Assembly (NCBI GenBank): GCA_964535555.1
Contig: CAZHUS010000019.1
Span: 18,555-82,554, forward strand
Source of the DNA: an uncultured Verrucomicrobiota bacterium
GTDB taxonomy: Bacteria > Verrucomicrobiota > Verrucomicrobiia > Limisphaerales > J093
DNA length: 64,000 nt
Direction: 5' to 3'
Shown: piece by piece, positions 1-7,913 of the stretch
How positions within the stretch are numbered: position 1 is the stretch's first letter
Layout: the number at the start of each line of letters is the position of its first letter
The notes under the pieces: generated by a model
The model's database searches: none
Told to the model about the DNA's origin: nothing
Seen by the model: the letters and a program-made list of their open reading frames with translations, nothing else
Program-made: the position numbers and the translations under genes

Positions 1-567
1 AATGCGGGTGTAGCTGGTGGTGAAGCGCGCCCCCGTGAGCGACTCGTACAGGTTGTAGAGCTTCTCACGCTCGGTGAACGTGTGCAGAAACACGGTCATC
101 GCTCCCACGTCCATCGCGAAGCAGCCAATGCCCAGAAGGTGGGAGGAAATCCGGGCGAGTTCGCAGCAGATCACCCGGATGAACTGACACCTCAGGGGGA
201 GTTGCCGGTGAATGCCGAGAAGCTTCTCCACCGCCAAAACGTAAGCCACGTTGTTCGCCAGGGGAGCCAGGTAGTCCAGTCGATCCGTGTAGGGGATGAA
301 CTGGGTGTAGGTCATGTTCTCCGCGATCTTCTCATCCCCGCGGTGGAGATAGCCAACGTCCGGCACCGCCCGGGTGATGAGCTCCCCGTCCAGTTCGAGA
401 ACAACCCGCAAGACCCCGTGCGTCGAGGGATGCGACGGCCCCATGTTGAGGACCATCTTCTCACCCTGCAGTTCCTCGCCCGCGTCGGTCGGGGGCGAAC
501 CCGGAGACCCGCCCATCGCGGCCCGTGCCGCGGCATCCTTGATTTCGATCTCGCGTACGGCGGGCAT
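1..567 (-). CDS. nuoD: NADH-quinone oxidoreductase subunit D, N-terminal 189 codons (gene continues beyond the left edge)
   Basis: Absent from the ORF track because there is no in-window stop. My reverse-strand translation from ATG (567-565) reads MPAVREIEIKD...GEKMVLNMGPSHPSTHGVLRVVLELDGE...VPDVGYLHRGDEKIAENMTY, the conserved NuoD/49-kDa N-terminus. It begins 3 nt after the nuoC stop. Confidence 0.88.
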   Translation of the reverse strand, partial: MPAVREIEIKDAAARAAMGGSPGSPPTDAGEELQGEKMVLNMGPSHPSTHGVLRVVLELDGELITRAVPDVGYLHRGDEKIAENMTYTQFIPYTDRLDYLAPLANNVAYVLAVEKLLGIHRQLPLRCQFIRVICCELARISSHLLGIGCFAMDVGAMTVFLHTFTEREKLYNLYESLTGARFTTSYTRI

Positions 568-569
568 GC

Positions 570-1166
570 TCACCTCGCTTCGCGCGGCTCGGAATCGACC
601 GACCGCACACGCGGCTCCCGTTCAATCGCGTCGCGGCCGCCGGGTGCGGTCACAAACGGGCCTCCCTCCAGCGGCGCGGCCTGCGTGAAAGCAACCTCGG
701 GAAGCTCGGTGGGCTTGCCCGCGAGCGGAAAGTCCTTCCGCAAGGGGAAGTACGGGTACCCCTCCCACATCAGGATCCGGCGCAGGTCCGGGTGTCCGCG
801 AAACCGAATGCCCATCATGTCGTAAATCTCGCGCTCGTGCCAATCCGCCGTGCGCCACACGCCGGCGACGGTGGGCAGTTCCGACTTTTCCTCGCTGACG
901 TGCGTTTTCAGCCGCAGATGGCAGCGGTGTGCCAGCCCGTAAAGCTCGTAAACCAGCGTCCACCGAGGGTCGGCGCCGTAGTTATCGAGGCTCGAGATAT
1001 CCAGGAGAAAATCGAAACCCAGGGACTGGCGCGCGTACTCACAGACCTCGACGATCCGCTCGGGATCGGAAACGACCATCGTCAACTCGTCGCGGAACTC
1101 CACCGGTTCGGACACCAGATCGCCGTGGCGGGTGCGCAATTGCTGGATGAGGTCGCGGGAGTTCAT
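570..1166 (-). CDS. nuoC: NADH-quinone oxidoreductase subunit C
   Basis: 198-aa ORF with ...WHEREIYDMMGIRFRGHPDLRRILMWEGYPYFPLRKDFPL, typical of NuoC/30-kDa. Lies between nuoB and nuoD. Confidence 0.9.
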   Translation of the reverse strand: MNSRDLIQQLRTRHGDLVSEPVEFRDELTMVVSDPERIVEVCEYARQSLGFDFLLDISSLDNYGADPRWTLVYELYGLAHRCHLRLKTHVSEEKSELPTVAGVWRTADWHEREIYDMMGIRFRGHPDLRRILMWEGYPYFPLRKDFPLAGKPTELPEVAFTQAAPLEGGPFVTAPGGRDAIEREPRVRSVDSEPREAR

Positions 1167-1190
1167 GCCGGCTGGGCGTGGGGCGTCGGA

Positions 1191-1700
1191 CTACGCTGCC
1201 TGCTTCAGGGTCGCGACCACAGGCTCCCGCGTGACCTTGCCTTGAAGCTTGAGCATGGCGTCCAGCAGCGCCTCCGGGCGCGGCGGACACCCCGCCACGT
1301 AGATGTCCACCGGCAGAATCCGGTCAACGCCCTGGAGCACCGCGTAGCTCCGGTACATGCCGCCCGTTGAGGCGCAAGCTCCCATGGCGATCACATACTT
1401 GGGCGCCGCCATCTGGTCGTAAATGCGCCGGACCACGAGAGCCATTTTGTACGTCACCGTCCCGGCGACGATCATGACATCCGACTGCCGGGGCGAGAAA
1501 CGCATCACTTCCGACCCGAAGCGCGAGATGTCGAAGCGGCTGGCCCCGGTGCCCATCAATTCGATCGCGCAACAGGCCAGGCCCATGGGCATCGGCCAGA
1601 TCGAATTCTTGCGGAACCAGTTGATCACCGCGTCCAGGCGCGTGACCACCAAGTCGCCTTCGATCCGGGAATCATATCCAATGACCGTGCTCTTGTTCAT
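1191..1700 (-). CDS. nuoB: NADH-quinone oxidoreductase subunit B
   Basis: Carries the N2 cluster cysteine motifs [16 protein letters not shown] and [10 protein letters not shown] at 1700 ([10 protein letters not shown]) is preferred; the ORF can extend to 1730. Confidence 0.9.
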   Translation of the reverse strand: MNKSTVIGYDSRIEGDLVVTRLDAVINWFRKNSIWPMPMGLACCAIELMGTGASRFDISRFGSEVMRFSPRQSDVMIVAGTVTYKMALVVRRIYDQMAAPKYVIAMGACASTGGMYRSYAVLQGVDRILPVDIYVAGCPPRPEALLDAMLKLQGKVTREPVVATLKQAA

Positions 1701-1785
1701 CCGTGGCTGAGACGGCGTGCGTCTCGACACCAGACGCTAGAGTGCGTACCGGGGGGTCGCAAGTTGTTTCCCCCGGGTGGGTGGA

Positions 1786-1896
1786 AGGACCGCGACCGCT
1801 CTGCGGTCGCAGCGCATGCAAGCGGTGCCCGGGTCGAGCTGGGTGAGCGCCGGCGAGCGCACGCTCGTGCTGCGGCCGGAGACCGGCCGCGGTCCT
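1786..1896. repeat. Intergenic hairpin repeat, family D (aggaccgcg...cgcggtcct termini); second copy at 7309-7427
   Basis: A shared core (ggtcgcagcgca.gcaagcggtgcccg ... gctgcggccg..gaccggccgcggtcct) is seen in both copies. The 9-nt termini are inverted repeats. Confidence 0.7.
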
Positions 1897-1929
1897 AAGC
1901 GTCTGGGTCGTCCATTCGAGGGCGCGGTC

Positions 1930-3150
1930 CTACTGGAGCCGGGCCGAGAGACAAAGATCGGGGCCAATCTTCCGCCACGAGACTTCCCCGAGCTGCCCGA
2001 TCGTCTTCCATGACGCGAAACCCTCAGCGGCCACCGCCTTGCGCGCCACCGCCCCGCCCACCACAAGCGGCGCGTAGAAGAACAAAATCCGCTGCGCCCG
2101 CCGCCCCTCGAGAAAGGCGCCCTGGACTTCTCCTCCCCCCTCCACCAGGAGATGGGTGACACCTTCGCGCCCCAGCCGTTTCAGGACCTGGCGGAGATTC
2201 AGTCGTCCCCGGGATGAGGATACGCGCACCACCTGGACGCGCTTCGCCAACGACTCAACCCGTTTCGCGGGAGCGTTCGGCCCCACAAACACCGTGGTCC
2301 GGTTCGCGAACTCGTCGGCCACGACGCGCGCCGTGGGCGGCGTGCGGGCGAGGGCATCCAGCACGATGCGCCGGAGCAATCGGCGGCGATCCACGGGAGC
2401 CGCGGAGAAATCGCCCGCCCCTGGCCTCGCCGCGCCCGGGCCAGCGGCTCGAACCCGCTTCCGCACCAGGAGCTGGGGATCGTCAGCGATGACCGTGTTG
2501 ACGCCCACAAGGATGGCGTCCACGCTGCGCCGGAGGTCCATGGCCTTTGCCCGCGCCGGAACGGCGGTCAACCACTTGGACTCGCCGCCCACGGTCGCAA
2601 TCTTGCCGTCGAGACTCATGGCCGCCTTGACGGTCACGAAGGGTGTGCCGTGAACGATCCAGTGATTGAACGCCTCGTTCAAGGGCGTGGCCGCGTCAGC
2701 GAGCAGGCCGTGCTCGACCTGCAGGCCGGCTTTTCGCAGCAGCCGGTAGCCCCGGCCGGCGTGTCGCGGGTTGGGGTCGGTGGCCGCCACGACGACCCGG
2801 GCAATTCCGGCCTCGACGATGGCGGTGGTGCAGGGCGGCGTGCGTCCATGAGTGCAACACGGCTCCAGCGTAACGTAGAGGGTCGCTCCGCGAGGGGATT
2901 CGCCGCGCCTGGCAGCGTCCCGCAAGGCTTCAATCTCCGCGTGCGGCGCACCCGCCCGATGGTGCCAACCCCGCCCCAGAATCCGGCCGTCTCTGACGAG
3001 AACGGCCCCGACCATGGGATTGGGCGACGTCCGCCCATAGCCACGCCTTGCCAGGCGCAGCGCGAGCTGCATGGCCTCGTGATCGTCGATTCGCACCTGG
3101 ACAATCGCAGCCGGGTCGGGCCCGGGCGTGACGGGAGCCGGGAGGTTCAA
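1930..3150 (-). CDS. ribD: Bifunctional riboflavin biosynthesis deaminase/reductase RibD
   Basis: GRTSPNPMVGAV, HAEIEAL and TLEPCCTHGRTPPC (CDA zinc motifs) followed by a reductase half. TTG start overlaps the upstream stop (TTGA). Confidence 0.9.
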   Translation of the reverse strand: MNLPAPVTPGPDPAAIVQVRIDDHEAMQLALRLARRGYGRTSPNPMVGAVLVRDGRILGRGWHHRAGAPHAEIEALRDAARRGESPRGATLYVTLEPCCTHGRTPPCTTAIVEAGIARVVVAATDPNPRHAGRGYRLLRKAGLQVEHGLLADAATPLNEAFNHWIVHGTPFVTVKAAMSLDGKIATVGGESKWLTAVPARAKAMDLRRSVDAILVGVNTVIADDPQLLVRKRVRAAGPGAARPGAGDFSAAPVDRRRLLRRIVLDALARTPPTARVVADEFANRTTVFVGPNAPAKRVESLAKRVQVVRVSSSRGRLNLRQVLKRLGREGVTHLLVEGGGEVQGAFLEGRRAQRILFFYAPLVVGGAVARKAVAAEGFASWKTIGQLGEVSWRKIGPDLCLSARLQ

Positions 3151-4514
3151 GACACGAACTTGCCCGGGTTGAGAATCCCCGCGGGGTCGAGGGCCTGTTT
3201 AACCCGGTGGTGCAGGGCGCGCACGGCGTCGTCCGCGGCGAGCGGCCACCACCGTTGCTTGGCGAGCCCGATTCCGTGTTCGCCGGTGACCACGCCGCCC
3301 CAGGCCAGCACCTGGCCGAACAGGTCGTCGAGGGCGGCTTCGCTGCGCTCCTTCGAGCCAGGCTGAGTCTGGTCCACCATGACGTTGACATGGATGTTGC
3401 CGTCCCCCGCATGACCGAAACAGGCCACAGGAAAGCCGTGCTTGCGCTGGAGTTGCGCCGCGAACCGGAACAGGTCCTCGAGCCGGCTCCGCGGCACGGC
3501 GATGTCCTCGTTCAGTTTGGTGAGGCCGGTGTCGCGCAAGGCGTAGGAAAACTCGCGTCGTATTTGCCAGAGCTTCTCGCACTCGGCCGCCCCGTGGGCG
3601 CGCTGCACCAAGAGCGTTCCGGCATTGCGAGCCACCGCTTCCAGGCCCCGAAGCTCACTGCGAACCGAGCGCGTCTGGCCGTCCAATTCGACGATCAACA
3701 TCGCCTCGCAGCCCTCGAGGCGCCGGCTGCCGGTACGCCGCTGGGCGGCCGCCAGCGTGAACTTGTCCGCAATTTCCAGGGCGCAAGGCAGGATGCCCGC
3801 CGCAAAGATGGCGCGGAGTGCCCGGGCGGCGTTGCGCATGGAATCGTAGCCAAGGCAGAGACAAGCGCGGTCCGGAGGAAGCGGCAGCAGCTTGAGCGTC
3901 GCTTCCGTGACCACGCCCAGCATCCCTTCGGATCCGACGAAGAGCCGCGCCAGTTCGAAGCCGCTCTTGTTCTTGTGCGTGCGCCCCCCCAATCGCACCA
4001 GCGTGCCGTCCGCCAGGGCGACCTCGAGGCCCAAAACATAGTCCCGCGTTACGCCATACTTGAGGCAACGGGGTCCACCGGCGTTGGTGGCGATGTTGCC
4101 CCCCAGGGTTGACTCCTTGCGACTGGCCGGATCCGGCGGGTAGAAGAGCCCTTTGGCCTCGACCCTTTCCTGCAGACGTTGGGTGGGCACGCCCGGTTCC
4201 ACCACCGCCACGAAGTCACCAGCGTTGATTTCCTTGATGCGATGGAGCCGCGCCAGGGACAGCACGATTCCGCCCTGCATGGGCACGCACCCTCCCACAT
4301 AACCGTGGCCGGCTCCTCGCGGAGTTACCGGGATGCCATGCTCGTGGGCAAAGGCGAGAATGCGCGCGACCGAGGCGCTCGAACCGGGGAGTGCCACCGC
4401 GTCGGGCGTGTGCCGGGCAAACCACTTGTCGCCCGCGTGCGCCTCGAGGGTTGCCTGATCGAACCGGAGTTCGCCCGAAGCCAGACGCCGCGCGAGCGTC
4501 TTCAGCTTCGCCAT
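3147..4514 (-). CDS. FAD-linked oxidase (GlcD / D-lactate dehydrogenase-like)
   Basis: FAD_binding_4-like N-half (PRGAGHGYVGG, GGNIATNAGG) and an FAD-oxidase C-half (HAGDGNIH). ATG at 4514 is preferred; an alternative TTG lies at 4538. Confidence 0.8.
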   Translation of the reverse strand: MAKLKTLARRLASGELRFDQATLEAHAGDKWFARHTPDAVALPGSSASVARILAFAHEHGIPVTPRGAGHGYVGGCVPMQGGIVLSLARLHRIKEINAGDFVAVVEPGVPTQRLQERVEAKGLFYPPDPASRKESTLGGNIATNAGGPRCLKYGVTRDYVLGLEVALADGTLVRLGGRTHKNKSGFELARLFVGSEGMLGVVTEATLKLLPLPPDRACLCLGYDSMRNAARALRAIFAAGILPCALEIADKFTLAAAQRRTGSRRLEGCEAMLIVELDGQTRSVRSELRGLEAVARNAGTLLVQRAHGAAECEKLWQIRREFSYALRDTGLTKLNEDIAVPRSRLEDLFRFAAQLQRKHGFPVACFGHAGDGNIHVNVMVDQTQPGSKERSEAALDDLFGQVLAWGGVVTGEHGIGLAKQRWWPLAADDAVRALHHRVKQALDPAGILNPGKFVS

Positions 4515-4534
4515 GGAATCACCGCTCGCTGCCT

Positions 4535-4756
4535 TCAATCAGCCTCCGTTGAAGCGGCGATCAATTCGCGGGCCTGGGCCGCGAGCTCCGGAGACACCGC
4601 GACCTGGATCTCCACGGCGGAAGTGCCGGAGCCGATGATGGCGAGGGCGGCATTCTCATGCAGCACGGTGGCTGGAATGCCGGCCGCCTCGAGCCGGGAT
4701 CGGATCAGATGCGCCTCGGGACCGCTGAACGTGCGAAAAACGGTAACGGGTTCCAT
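4535..4756 (-). CDS. Small DUF2007-like (putative signal-transducing) protein
   Basis: MEPVTVFRTFSGPEAHLIRSRLEAAGIPATVLHEN... resembles DUF2007. The upstream part of the 116-aa ORF looks non-coding. Confidence 0.55.
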   Translation of the reverse strand: MEPVTVFRTFSGPEAHLIRSRLEAAGIPATVLHENAALAIIGSGTSAVEIQVAVSPELAAQARELIAASTEAD

Positions 4757-4881
4757 ATCCGGAAGGCTACGCGGAGGCGCCATGGCCAGCAAGGGGCGCT
4801 TCGGCAGGCGCGCCGCAAACAAAGCGAAACCCCGGTCGACCGAAGCCGCCGGGGTCAGGCAGAGACGATCACGACCACCGG

Positions 4882-5811
4882 TCAAAACATCTTCGGGAGC
4901 GTCAGGGTCCCCGTGTGACCTTGAGGACGAGATTCGGCCAGCACCTCGTAGCCGTAGCGCGCCGAGATGAACAGCTTGGCCTTCTTCCAGAACCAGACTG
5001 CCTCCGGGCCCACGGCCACCACGTTGTCCTGATCGGGATCGGCCAGCACGCCGTCGTGCGCCTCATCGTCGGTCGTCTGCAACTGGTAGTGCGCCTGCAC
5101 GCCGAATTCCCAGGAGGGATTCAGCGCCTTGCTGATTCCGCCCTCGAGCGAGAGCACGTCGCCGGGGGTGATGCTCCAGTCACTGCTCTTGTAGTTGATC
5201 TCGTAGCGGCCCAACGCCGAGAAGGCCCAGCTCTTCTGCTGATCGAAGTAATAGGTGCCGCCCCCCGTGAACATGTGCGCCCAGGCGCCCTGACCGGTGC
5301 CCATTGTCAGGCTGCCCTTGTCCACGTTGCCCGTCGGCGCCCAGATCCCGTAGCCGATGCCGAGATCGAACTTCTGGAAATGCCACGACAACGTGACCGG
5401 CTCGATGAAGATGTCGCCCAGGTCGAAGACGGAGTCGCGGCTCCCGGCGACCTTGACGTCCTTGTAGATCAGCGGCACCAGGACATCGAGTCCGTAATGG
5501 CCCCCCAGGATCTTGAAGTCCGTGATCCAGATCGGCCGGATCGCGTTCGCATAGACGAACGCGTCGAATTCCACGTCCATCTTGTCGCCCGAGGCGTCGT
5601 TTACCTGCCCCGCCCCGTAGAACAAATTGTAGTCCCGCAGGTAGAAGCCCGGCGGCGGGAGCGTGCCCGATTTGAGACCCTCCACACCGATGGGATAGTG
5701 GCCCGTGAAACTGGGATAGGGCTGGGCCAGGGCCAGCGCGGGCGCCGCGAGGGCCCCGGCCAGAGTCAGCCCGCGCACCAGCGCGGACGGACGGCGTTGG
5801 GAGTTGTTCAT
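4882..5811 (-). CDS. Outer-membrane beta-barrel, MetA-pathway (phenol degradation)-like transporter family
   Basis: Signal peptide (LAGALAAPALALAQ), then LPPPGFYLRDYNLFY and alternating beta-strand patterning with a C-terminal F. Family call is from recall. Confidence 0.65.
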   Translation of the reverse strand: MNNSQRRPSALVRGLTLAGALAAPALALAQPYPSFTGHYPIGVEGLKSGTLPPPGFYLRDYNLFYGAGQVNDASGDKMDVEFDAFVYANAIRPIWITDFKILGGHYGLDVLVPLIYKDVKVAGSRDSVFDLGDIFIEPVTLSWHFQKFDLGIGYGIWAPTGNVDKGSLTMGTGQGAWAHMFTGGGTYYFDQQKSWAFSALGRYEINYKSSDWSITPGDVLSLEGGISKALNPSWEFGVQAHYQLQTTDDEAHDGVLADPDQDNVVAVGPEAVWFWKKAKLFISARYGYEVLAESRPQGHTGTLTLPKMF

Positions 5812-5829
5812 CGCTTCTGTGTTCTGCGG

Positions 5830-7134
5830 TTAGTCCTGCATCTTGCCGGAGAGATACGTGTCGTAGGCGGCCAGGTCCAGCATGCCGTGGCCGCAAAGGT
5901 TGAACAGGATGACGCGCGATTTGCCCTCCTCCCGGCACTTGCTCGCCTCGTCGATCACTGCGGCGATCGCGTGGGAAGGTTCCGGGGCGGGCACGATGCC
6001 TTCCGTGCGGGCGAAGAGCACCGCGGCCTCGAAGATCTTCGTTTGCGGGTAGGAAACCGCGTCGATCAGGCCGAGCTTGCGGGCGTGGCTCACCATGGGC
6101 GCCATGCCGTGATAACGCAGTCCACCGGCGTGAATCTTCGGCGGCATGAACTTGTGCCCCAGCGTGTACATCATGAGCAGCGGCGTCATCTCCGCGGTGT
6201 CCCCGAAGTCGTAACGCAGCTCGCCCTGGGTGACCGACGGACAGGAGGACGGCTCGACGGCCACCACCCGGTAGTTCTTCTTCGCCCTGATCTTCTGCTC
6301 CAGGAAGGGGAAGGTCAGCCCGGCAAAATTGCTGCCACCCCCCACGCAACCGATGATCACGTCCGGCGCCTCGCCGGCCATTTCCATCTGCCGGATGCTC
6401 TCCTGACCGATCACGGTCTGGTGCAGACACACATGGTTCAGAACGCTGCCCAGCGCGTACTTGGTCGCCTGTCCCTTGACCGCGTCCTCGATCGCCTCGC
6501 TGATCGCGATGCCCAGACTGCCCGGGCATTCCGGATCCTCCGCCAGCATCTTGCGGCCGAACTCCGTGTGCTCGCTGGGGCTGGGGTGGACGTCGGCGCC
6601 CCAGGTCTGCATGAGCAGCTTGCGATAGGGCTTTTGCTGGAAGCTCACCTTGACCATGTACACGGTGCAGTCCAGGCCAAACAGCTCGCAGGCGAACGCC
6701 AGGGAGCAGCCCCACTGCCCGGCACCGGTCTCGGTGGCCAGGCGCTTCGTCCCGGCCATCTTGTTGTAGTACGCCTGCGGGACGGCCGTGTTGGGCTTGT
6801 GGCTCCCGGCCGGGCTCACGCCCTCGTACTTGTAGTAAATGTGCGCCGGGGTCTGCAGCGCTTTCTCCAGGCGAACGGCGCGCAACAGGGGCGTCGGGCG
6901 CCAGAGCTGGTAGATCTGCTGCACCTCGCCCGGGATCTCCACCCAGCGCTCCGGGCTCATCTCCTGCATCACCAGGTTCTCCGGGAAAATGGCCGTCATC
7001 ATGTCGGGCGTCACGGGTTGACGCGTGCCCGGATGGAGCGGCGGCGGCAGGGGTTCGGGGAAGTCGGCCAGGAGGTTGTACCAATGGCTTGGGGCCTGGG
7101 CGGCCGTCAGGTCGAATCGAAGGGTCTGGCTCAT
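5830..7134 (-). CDS. trpB: Tryptophan synthase beta-like PLP enzyme, TrpB2 type
   Basis: [18 protein letters not shown] (PLP-lysine motif), [11 protein letters not shown] and a long TrpB2-type N-terminus. No trpA is adjacent. Confidence 0.88.
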   Translation of the reverse strand: MSQTLRFDLTAAQAPSHWYNLLADFPEPLPPPLHPGTRQPVTPDMMTAIFPENLVMQEMSPERWVEIPGEVQQIYQLWRPTPLLRAVRLEKALQTPAHIYYKYEGVSPAGSHKPNTAVPQAYYNKMAGTKRLATETGAGQWGCSLAFACELFGLDCTVYMVKVSFQQKPYRKLLMQTWGADVHPSPSEHTEFGRKMLAEDPECPGSLGIAISEAIEDAVKGQATKYALGSVLNHVCLHQTVIGQESIRQMEMAGEAPDVIIGCVGGGSNFAGLTFPFLEQKIRAKKNYRVVAVEPSSCPSVTQGELRYDFGDTAEMTPLLMMYTLGHKFMPPKIHAGGLRYHGMAPMVSHARKLGLIDAVSYPQTKIFEAAVLFARTEGIVPAPEPSHAIAAVIDEASKCREEGKSRVILFNLCGHGMLDLAAYDTYLSGKMQD

Positions 7135-7308
7135 GCAGTTCAGTGTGTTCCTGTGAACCGCAGGCAGTTACCAGCCAGACGCGCTAATAGCAACACTTTC
7201 CTGTTGAATGAACAGGCTGACGGTGCCTCCCGGCCTGACGGTAGCCGCGTCCCGACCGTGCCGGTTTCCAGCCCGCGGCACCTTCCGCAGGCTGGCAGCG
7301 CTCGGCGC

Positions 7309-7427
7309 GAACCGACCGCAATCGCTCCGTTCCAGGGTCGCAGCGCAAGCAAGCGGTGCCCGAGTTGAATTCTGTGAGCGCCAGGGGGCACAAGCTCGCG
7401 CTGCGGCCGCGGACCGGCCGCGGTCCT
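7309..7427. repeat. Family D hairpin repeat, copy 2
   Basis: Aligns by eye to 1786-1896. Confidence 0.65.
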
Positions 7428-7532
7428 GGATGCAGCCCTGATTCGGCTTGGTATTTGCTACCTCGGATGGCGGAATGCCTTCTCGATCGATGAGGACAAC
7501 CGCTGGCCCAGCTCTTCCCATGAATTTCCCCG

Positions 7533-7604
7533 GGAGCGCGGACTTCAGTCCGCAGGAAGCCACGCCGGTTAGGGGACGTCCCGGCGGGCTAAAGCCCGCG
7601 CTCC
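7533..7604. repeat. Family A double-hairpin repeat (ggagcgcggacttcagtccgcaggaagcc ... gcgggct.aagcccgcgctcc)
   Basis: The first 29 nt are identical to 46724-46752. Contains two short hairpins: gcggac-ttca-gtccgc and gcgggc-taaa-gcccgc. Confidence 0.75.
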
Positions 7605-7656
7605 GTAACGGTTCACGGTCCCCATGCGCGCCGGTCCTCCCGGCGTCACGGCTTCG

Positions 7657-7908
7657 CATGAACCTGCCCCGAAAAGCGGGGATGAATCCCCGCACTCCAG
7701 GCGCTTCGCGGCCCCGGACGTGCCTGGGAGCGGCGCGAAGCGTTTGGAGTGCGTCCGCTTTAGCGGCGCTTTTTGGTTCATGGTCACGGAGCAGGTCCAA
7801 AAGGAACAGGTGGCTTTCCATGAACCACCAGGTAGGGCGGCCACTCCGCTGCCCGCCGAGTTCGGCCCGCAGAGGACTGCGCGCCCTACCTGGGAGGGCA
7901 GGTTCATG
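7657..7908. mobile_element. 252-bp non-autonomous (MITE/REPIN-like) composite element with 12-bp TIR catgaacctgcc / ggcaggttcatg
   Basis: The terminal inverted repeats are exact. The interior is a 126-bp imperfect palindrome (7657-7782) plus a GTAG-REP doublet (7828-7893). A near-identical 255-bp copy in opposite orientation lies at 48222-48476. Confidence 0.75.
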
Positions 7909-7913
7909 GCCGG

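Noticed and set aside
7168-7821. ORFs encoding MESHLFL.DLLRDHEPKSAAKADALQTLRAAPRHV... and relatives (7448-7924, 7569-7907, 18252-18629, 54157-54864, 61284-61724).
   Set aside because: The conserved peptide is simply the translation of the palindromic repeat module and appears on both strands and in different frames. These are repeat DNA, not a protein family.
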